Shown piece by piece: positions 15,029 to 19,840 of a stretch of 19,840 bases of DNA. The stretch is from Candidatus Dojkabacteria bacterium (GTDB taxonomy: Bacteria > Patescibacteriota > Dojkabacteria > SC72 > WJKH01). Below the pieces are notes generated by a model, which worked only from the letters and a program-made list of their open reading frames with translations, was not told the origin of the DNA and did not search any database. Made by a program: the position numbers and the translations under genes. Where the stretch lies: positions 1 to 19,840 of the forward strand of contig WJKH01000007.1 of the NCBI GenBank assembly GCA_014729235.1, written 5' to 3'. Numbering within the stretch: the stretch's first letter is position 1; the number at the start of each line of letters is the position of its first letter.

Positions 15029-16243
15029 ATGCAATATTTTTTTATAGCAGGCAGTAATAGAGGACTGTCATTTGCTGAAATACAAACACTTTTTGCCGGG
15101 CAGTATGGCACAGATAAAATTGAGATTGATACTTTTAAGGATGTGCTGCTCATTAAGTTTAAGAGTGCTGCTCCAAGTGATTCCGACATGAAGATCTGGT
15201 TTGATCGGCTTGGAGGGGTAGTAAAGTTTGGCAGAATTGTTGAAGATCAAGATAAGTTTCTGGAAGAAACAGCAGATAAGTTCAACAATGCTGAGACCGG
15301 AAGTATTCGATTTGGTATAAGCTTTCATGGTAAATTGGATCGAGTTGAGGACCCATTTGGTGGAATTAAAAAATTATCCAAAAAAGTTAAAAAGTATTTA
15401 AAAAGTCACGGAGTAAAATCCGGCTATACGCTACCACAAAAAGGCTCAAGCGAGCTTTCCTCTGCGCAGATATTTAACAATTCGCTAACTGAAGATGGGT
15501 TTGAGCTTGTACTGATTTCTCAGCAGAATTCAGACAAACTACTTGCGGGTGTCACTCTTGGCGTCCAGAACATTGAAGATTTTTCATTTCGTGATTTCAA
15601 AAAACCAGCAGTTGATACTGTTATGGGAATGCTGCCTCTTAAACTTGCAAGAATTATGGTTAATTTAGCTGATGTTGAACCCGGTGAGACTATCTGGGAT
15701 CCTTTTTGCGGCTCCGGAACAGTTTTAATGGAAGCTCTCCACCTTGGTTACAATGTCCTTGGCTCTGATTTTAATAATTCTGCTGTTGTAAATTCGAAAA
15801 CCAACATTGAGTGGATGGGGGAGCATTATGCTCTTGATGATAGTAGATATCGAGTTTTTGATTTTGATATTAGTGATCCCGATGGCAAAATTGTCACTGA
15901 ATTGAAACATACTACTATTTCCGCAGTTGTCTGTGAGCCATATATGGGACCTCCTCAAAAAACAGTTATTCCTAACGATGAAGCCGAAGAGCAGGCCCGA
16001 AAATTTGGTTTTTTGATCGAAAACCTGTTTGATCTGCTGGAAAATTTAAGGCAAGAGACTCTAAAAGTGGTTTTGGTGGTTCCTTCTTACAAAACTCGGA
16101 ATGGCTGGGTAAATGTAAGTTTAAATTCTGTAATCAGCTCAAATTGGAATATTGTAAGCTCTGATTACATATGGGACTTGCAATGGAGCAGAAAGAATAG
16201 TATCATCAAGCGAAATATCATGGTTTTAGAGCTTGATAAATAG
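15029..16243 (+). CDS. Putative SAM-dependent RNA methyltransferase (UPF0020/Trm11-like Rossmann domain) with an uncharacterised N-terminal domain of about 200 aa
   Basis: 404-aa ORF. SAM-binding motif I is 'WDPFCGSGTVLMEALHLGYNVLGSDFN'. A motif IV-like 'VVCEPYMGPP' stands in place of the canonical (D/N)PPY. It lies between rplU and rpmA. The substrate cannot be assigned from sequence. Confidence 0.6.
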   Translation: MQYFFIAGSNRGLSFAEIQTLFAGQYGTDKIEIDTFKDVLLIKFKSAAPSDSDMKIWFDRLGGVVKFGRIVEDQDKFLEETADKFNNAETGSIRFGISFHGKLDRVEDPFGGIKKLSKKVKKYLKSHGVKSGYTLPQKGSSELSSAQIFNNSLTEDGFELVLISQQNSDKLLAGVTLGVQNIEDFSFRDFKKPAVDTVMGMLPLKLARIMVNLADVEPGETIWDPFCGSGTVLMEALHLGYNVLGSDFNNSAVVNSKTNIEWMGEHYALDDSRYRVFDFDISDPDGKIVTELKHTTISAVVCEPYMGPPQKTVIPNDEAEEQARKFGFLIENLFDLLENLRQETLKVVLVVPSYKTRNGWVNVSLNSVISSNWNIVSSDYIWDLQWSRKNSIIKRNIMVLELDK

Positions 16244-16282
16244 TTTATTAGTCGCCTGAGGCTCTTTTTCATGATTCAAAAA

Positions 16283-16329
16283 TTATTGTTCTATTGATTT
16301 TTGAATTTCGTAATTCACTTTAATTTATG
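16283..16329 (+). promoter_or_regulatory. Copy B of the conserved 47-nt upstream element
   Basis: 41/47 identical to 2699..2745, with the 23-nt perfect core at 16291..16313. It contains the perfect inverted repeat TGAATT-TCGT-AATTCA (16302..16317). It ends 13 nt before the rpmA ATG. Confidence 0.55.
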
Positions 16330-16336
16330 GTATAAT
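16328..16336 (+). promoter_or_regulatory. Candidate extended -10 promoter (TGgTATAAT) for rpmA
   Basis: TGGTATAAT at 16328..16336 matches TGnTATAAT. The rpmA ATG at 16343 begins 7 nt after the last base of the -10 box, which implies a leaderless or near-leaderless transcript. Confidence 0.4.
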
Positions 16337-16342
16337 AGGACT

Positions 16343-16639
16343 ATGTCACATGTTGCAGCGGCTGGTTCAGCCAGACAAACGAAAAATATGCGGGGAAAGA
16401 GGCTCGGCCTCAAGAAATATGCTGATGAGTTTGTTCTCAACGGCAATATCATTGTAAAACAACGAGGTTCGGTTTATCATCCCGGAAAAAACACCAAAAT
16501 GGGGCGTGACTTTTCTATATACGCCGTAAAAGACGGCTATGTCAAATTTCGCAGAATGTCAGGTGCAAAGCGGGGTCAATACTATATTGATATCGTTGAT
16601 CAACCTCAGGAGGAAAAGTCTTCTCCGGATAAAGCATGA
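16343..16639 (+). CDS. rpmA: 50S ribosomal protein L27
   Basis: 'MSHVAAAGSARQ..GKRLGLKKYADEFVLNGNIIVKQRGSVYHPGKNTKMGRDFSIYAVKDGYVKF' aligns with canonical L27 from its first residues. The start is therefore placed at ATG 16343 rather than the TTG at 16301 used by the ORF track. Confidence 0.92.
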   Translation: MSHVAAAGSARQTKNMRGKRLGLKKYADEFVLNGNIIVKQRGSVYHPGKNTKMGRDFSIYAVKDGYVKFRRMSGAKRGQYYIDIVDQPQEEKSSPDKA

Positions 16640-16690
16640 GATTTTGCTGATAATCTGCTCAATTCCACTCAATTTTAAGTCTAATTTCTG

Positions 16691-17449
16691 ATGGCACGCA
16701 GAAAATACGTACAAATCGAAAACAAAAACGCTCTTTTAGAGCTATTGCGTGAAGGACGTAAGTTTCAAAGAATTTTTGTAGCTCATAACGCTTTTAAAGA
16801 TCCCAAGACCAAGGAGATTCTCGATGAGGCTCATAAAGCTGATGTCCCTATAAATAAAGTTGCACGTCGTGATTTGGACCGCCGCTCCAGGACAGCAGCC
16901 AGAGAAAGTGTAATTGGCCTTATGCTTCCTCAGAATCAATGGAATCTGGATGATTTGCTTGAAAAACTTTATTCGAAGAAGGAAGATCCCTTTTTTCTGA
17001 TCTTTGATCATGTCCGCTATTCATTGAATATTGGGGCAATAATGCGTACTGCATTTGGCGGATTTGTAAATGGTGTAATAACGCATATTAAGAAGGCAAG
17101 TTTTCTAACAGATGAAGCATTGCGTATCTCAATGGGCGCTTGTGAACGTATTCCTGTTGTTGAGATGAATCTATTTTCGGCAATTAAAGAGCTTCAGGAT
17201 AATGCTATTAAAGTTATAGGACTGGAAACCGGTGGGGAACCCTATTTTAATGTTGATCTGACTGGTCCGGTTGCTATCGTGCTCGGTGCTGAGGATGTAG
17301 GGATTTCGCCTCGCGTGTTGGAACGGGTCGACGAGGTTGCTACTATTCCAATGAGAGAGGGGATAGGGTCTCTGAATGTTAATGCCAGCGCTTCAATTAT
17401 GATTTACGAGAAAGTTCGACAGGAGGCTGTCGCCATGGGTAATTCATAG
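16691..17449 (+). CDS. SpoU/TrmH-family RNA 2'-O-methyltransferase (RlmB-like)
   Basis: The N-terminal region resembles a substrate-binding domain. The C-terminal SPOUT motifs are 'IFDHVRYSLNIGAIMRTA', 'VLGAEDVGIS' and 'IPMREGIGSLNVNASASIMIYE'. The specific target nucleotide is not assignable. Confidence 0.85.
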   Translation: MARRKYVQIENKNALLELLREGRKFQRIFVAHNAFKDPKTKEILDEAHKADVPINKVARRDLDRRSRTAARESVIGLMLPQNQWNLDDLLEKLYSKKEDPFFLIFDHVRYSLNIGAIMRTAFGGFVNGVITHIKKASFLTDEALRISMGACERIPVVEMNLFSAIKELQDNAIKVIGLETGGEPYFNVDLTGPVAIVLGAEDVGISPRVLERVDEVATIPMREGIGSLNVNASASIMIYEKVRQEAVAMGNS

Positions 17450-17536
17450 TACGCTGGAATCTCGCTTTTAAAACTGCATGTAGCTCATTCTCCGAGGCAC
17501 TCAAGCTAGCAATTTCGTACTTTACTACAAGTAAAA

Positions 17537-18412
17537 TCAATTATCTTGCAGCTTTTTAACTAGACCGTCCAGGTCCTTATCAGAGTCAAACTTTATCACA
17601 ATTTTACCACCTGAACTCAGCTTTTTGATACTGACATCATAACCCAAATTCTTTGAAAGAGACTCCTCAATACGCTTCTCGGCCTTGGAAAGCTCCTCAA
17701 TCTTACTCTTGCTGCTTTGCTTACTGTAATTAATTTTACGCACCAGAGTCTCTGTTTCGCGAACACTAAGATTGCGCTTTACTGCTATATTAGCAGTGGC
17801 AGTCAGGGAAGACTCATCAGATAGCCCCAGTAAGGCTCTGGCATGCCCCTCCGTAAGCTGATTATTCATCACATACTCTTTCACACTGTCCGGGAGTGCT
17901 AAAAGTCTAAGCTTATTTGTGATCGTTACACGGTTGAGCCCTACTTTTTTGGCAATTTCTGAATGCGTTAACCCGAATTCATCTGCTAATTGCTTGAATG
18001 CCAGGGCTTCTTCAAGGGGATTAAGATCTTGACGCTGGATATTTTCAATCAAAGCCAGCTCGAGCATTTCTTGTGGAGAAATATCTTTTATTACAACCGG
18101 AACAGTGTCCTTTCCTGCAAGCTGAGAAGCTCGAAAGCGTCTCTCGCCGGCAATTAAATAGTACTGATCCTTGTCCTTTGCTTCATTATCTTTTGTAATC
18201 AGCAATGGCTGGATCACGCCGTGTTCACGTATTGAATCAGCAATTTCAATTAATTCGTCCGGATCAATATTCATCCGTGGCTGGTATGGATTAGGCACAA
18301 TTTTATTAATGCTGAAATGTTCCTGATACCCGGTTGAGTCAATTGAACCTGAACTGATCAAAGCTGAAAGGCCTTTCCCTAAACGATTAGCTTGCTGATT
18401 ATCTGATGCCAT
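17537..18412 (-). CDS. parB: Chromosome partitioning protein ParB/Spo0J
   Basis: 'LGKGLSALI', 'GVIQPLLI', 'YYLIAGERRFRAS', 'ENIQRQDLNPLEEA', and the HTH 'THSEIAKKVGLNRVTITNKLRLL'. The start is set at ATG 18410..18412 ('MASDNQQ'), 22 nt downstream of the parA stop. The ORF-track extension to 18526 would overlap parA. Confidence 0.92.
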   Translation of the reverse strand: MASDNQQANRLGKGLSALISSGSIDSTGYQEHFSINKIVPNPYQPRMNIDPDELIEIADSIREHGVIQPLLITKDNEAKDKDQYYLIAGERRFRASQLAGKDTVPVVIKDISPQEMLELALIENIQRQDLNPLEEALAFKQLADEFGLTHSEIAKKVGLNRVTITNKLRLLALPDSVKEYVMNNQLTEGHARALLGLSDESSLTATANIAVKRNLSVRETETLVRKINYSKQSSKSKIEELSKAEKRIEESLSKNLGYDVSIKKLSSGGKIVIKFDSDKDLDGLVKKLQDN

Positions 18413-18434
18413 AGTGATTTCTAGATTTATAAAA

Positions 18435-19226
18435 TTAGTTAAACTTGTTAATAAACTCCTTTGCCAGTTTTCTGTAAGCGATAGCTCCGGTGGAATTTGG
18501 GTCATAGACCTCAATAACCTGGCCATGAGATGGGGCTTCGGAAAGTCTTACGTTTCTCGGGATGATAGTTTTAAAGACAATATCATCAAAATGCGATTGG
18601 ACATCATTGACGACCTGCTCGGCAAGCCTGGTACGCTTATCAAACATTGTGAGGACAACTCCTCCAATAGTCAGGTTTTGATTTATGCCTTTAATCAGCT
18701 CAACAGTTTGCAGGAGCTGACCCAATCCTTCAAGAGCGTAGTATTCACATTGAATTGGGACTATGAGTTTATCGGCAGCAGTCAGGGCATTGATTGTAAG
18801 TAAGCCAAGAGAGGGCGGACAGTCTATAAGGACATAGTCAAAATCTTCAGTCAATTCATTGAGAGCTTTTTTAAGTAGATTTTCGCGAGCTAGAATATTT
18901 ACCATTTCAATTTCAGCACCCGCTAGCGAGAGATGCGAAGGGACAAGGTAAAGATTATCAACATCTGTTGCTACAAATACTGAAGAAATTGGGGCTTTTT
19001 CAATTAAAACATCATAAATGCTTTTGTATGGAGCTTGATCGACCTTATTCCACTGATCACGGGGATATTTCTGCGTGAAACCAACACCTGAAGATAAATT
19101 AGCCTGAGGATCCAGATCAATGAGCAATGTCTTCTTGCCCTTAAACGCCAAATTTGCCCCTAGATTAACAGTAGTTGTAGTCTTGCCGACTCCACCTTTT
19201 TGATTGGCGATTACAAAAGTTTGCAT
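18435..19226 (-). CDS. parA: Chromosome partitioning ATPase ParA/Soj
   Basis: Deviant Walker A 'NQKGGVGKTTTTVNL' plus 'LLIDLDPQAN' and 'VLIDCPPSLG'. It lies immediately upstream of parB. Confidence 0.95.
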   Translation of the reverse strand: MQTFVIANQKGGVGKTTTTVNLGANLAFKGKKTLLIDLDPQANLSSGVGFTQKYPRDQWNKVDQAPYKSIYDVLIEKAPISSVFVATDVDNLYLVPSHLSLAGAEIEMVNILARENLLKKALNELTEDFDYVLIDCPPSLGLLTINALTAADKLIVPIQCEYYALEGLGQLLQTVELIKGINQNLTIGGVVLTMFDKRTRLAEQVVNDVQSHFDDIVFKTIIPRNVRLSEAPSHGQVIEVYDPNSTGAIAYRKLAKEFINKFN

Positions 19227-19234
19227 ACTATATT

Positions 19235-19840
19235 CTACTCGTAATTCGCATGTTTCACAACCCTGAAATGATCAAATGGGAAGTAAACTATCCAGACTTT
19301 GCCTTTGATATCAGTAATCGGTATAGGTCCAAAATCTCTTGAATCAGAACTGTGAGGTCGGTTGTCACCACATACAAAAACTGAGTCATCAGGGACGCTT
19401 ACCACATCGCCTTCATCTAAATATCTGCCTTTATCAGTGTAAATTGTGTCTGACAGATAGTCACTTTCAGAAAGAATTTTGTCGTTTACATAAATGTTGC
19501 CATCTCTGAGTGACACCTGATCTCCCGGTAGACCAATTATACGCTTAATATAATCTTCCGTAGCGGAATGTTTAAAAATTACGACATCACCCCGTTTTGG
19601 CTGGCTTACCCTGTAAACTACTTTATTAGCCAGGAGGATTTCACCATCCTTGTAAGTTGGATACATTGATCGACCAACTACTTCATGGGGCGTAAGTATA
19701 AAGAGGTACAAAACTATCACAAGCGCGACGGCTGTAACAAGCGCTTCTATACTGCCAAAGACAAAACTTCCTATAGCTGCTATAAAAGCTATAAATCCTG
19801 GAAATCCTTTGGGCTTCTCTTCTTGAATTTGATCGTACAT
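19235..19840 (-). CDS. lepB: Signal peptidase I (S26 family)
   Basis: N-terminal TM region. Catalytic Ser box 'GRSMYPTY', 'GDVVIF', Lys box 'YIKRIIGLPGD', and 'GDNRPHSSDSRDFGPI'. The ATG lies exactly at the window edge (19838..19840), so an upstream in-frame start cannot be excluded. Confidence 0.88.
   Translation of the reverse strand: MYDQIQEEKPKGFPGFIAFIAAIGSFVFGSIEALVTAVALVIVLYLFILTPHEVVGRSMYPTYKDGEILLANKVVYRVSQPKRGDVVIFKHSATEDYIKRIIGLPGDQVSLRDGNIYVNDKILSESDYLSDTIYTDKGRYLDEGDVVSVPDDSVFVCGDNRPHSSDSRDFGPIPITDIKGKVWIVYFPFDHFRVVKHANYE

Noticed and set aside
16301-16342. TTG-initiated N-terminal extension of rpmA ('MNFVIHFNLWYNRT') in the ORF track
   Set aside because: Canonical L27 aligns from the ATG at 16343 (MSH...). 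The extension covers the conserved upstream element and the TGGTATAAT -10 box, so it is non-coding.
17450-17536. Possible bidirectional terminator or small RNA in the convergent rlmB/parB intergenic region
   Set aside because: The only hairpin is a weak AT-rich one, TACTT-N6-AAGTA (17518..17533). There is no GC-rich stem and no tRNA-like T-loop or anticodon-arm features.
18413-18526. 38-aa N-terminal extension of parB in the ORF track
   Set aside because: It would overlap the 3' end of parA by about 90 nt. The internal ATG at 18410..18412 gives 'MASDNQQANRLGKGLSALI', which is the usual ParB N-terminal region.
18414-18803. 129-aa plus-strand ORF
   Set aside because: It is antisense to parA, which has an unambiguous Walker A and full-length homology pattern. 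It is a shadow ORF.
19251-19258. TGTTTCAC, which matches the left half of the canonical parS
   Set aside because: The right half (AACCCTGA) does not complete the palindrome. The site lies inside the lepB coding sequence, and a single 8-mer is compatible with chance.
1-19840. Alternative genetic code (UGA recoding), CRISPR arrays, transposases/integrases, tRNA/rRNA genes, and toxin-antitoxin or restriction-type defence cassettes
   Set aside because: The long ORFs are uninterrupted under the standard code, and TGA terminates several well-delimited genes (DUF1232, ftsW, rpmA). I saw no spaced direct-repeat arrays, terminal inverted repeats, recombinase motifs or tRNA-like structures. All sizeable ORFs are accounted for by housekeeping or envelope functions.

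Overview
This is an AT-rich bacterial chromosomal window read with the standard genetic code; TGA, TAA and TAG all act as stops and the long ORFs are intact. The proteins are recognisable but divergent and Shine-Dalgarno motifs are scarce. That would fit a small-genome lineage such as CPR/Patescibacteria, but this is inference only. On the + strand the order is: a small PH/GRAM-like protein, a class A penicillin-binding protein, a 2118-aa membrane-anchored thioester alpha-2-macroglobulin (A2M) family giant, an FtsQ/DivIB-like protein, FtsA, FtsZ, a DUF1232 mini-protein, and an FtsW/RodA-type SEDS protein. These are followed by L21, a 404-aa SAM-dependent RNA methyltransferase-like protein, L27, and a SpoU/TrmH (RlmB-like) methyltransferase. 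On the - strand sits lepB-parA-parB. No tRNA, rRNA, CRISPR array, transposase or integrase was seen. Five things deserve a second look. (1) The PBP + thioester-A2M pair, the known pbpC-yfhM type of envelope-guard module, is fused to the division operon; the A2M stop overlaps the ftsQ start in TAATG. (2) The A2M-like protein has an unusual build: a cytoplasmic head plus TM anchor instead of a lipobox, a CSEQ thioester variant, and a poly-Gly tract in the bait position. (3) A 47-nt element, 41/47 identical with a 23-nt perfect core and a 6-4-6 inverted repeat, lies just upstream of both the A2M gene and rpmA. (4) A methyltransferase gene sits between rplU and rpmA, and L27 has a divergent N-terminus. 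(5) The first 160 nt are 62.5% GC, purine-skewed and unexplained.
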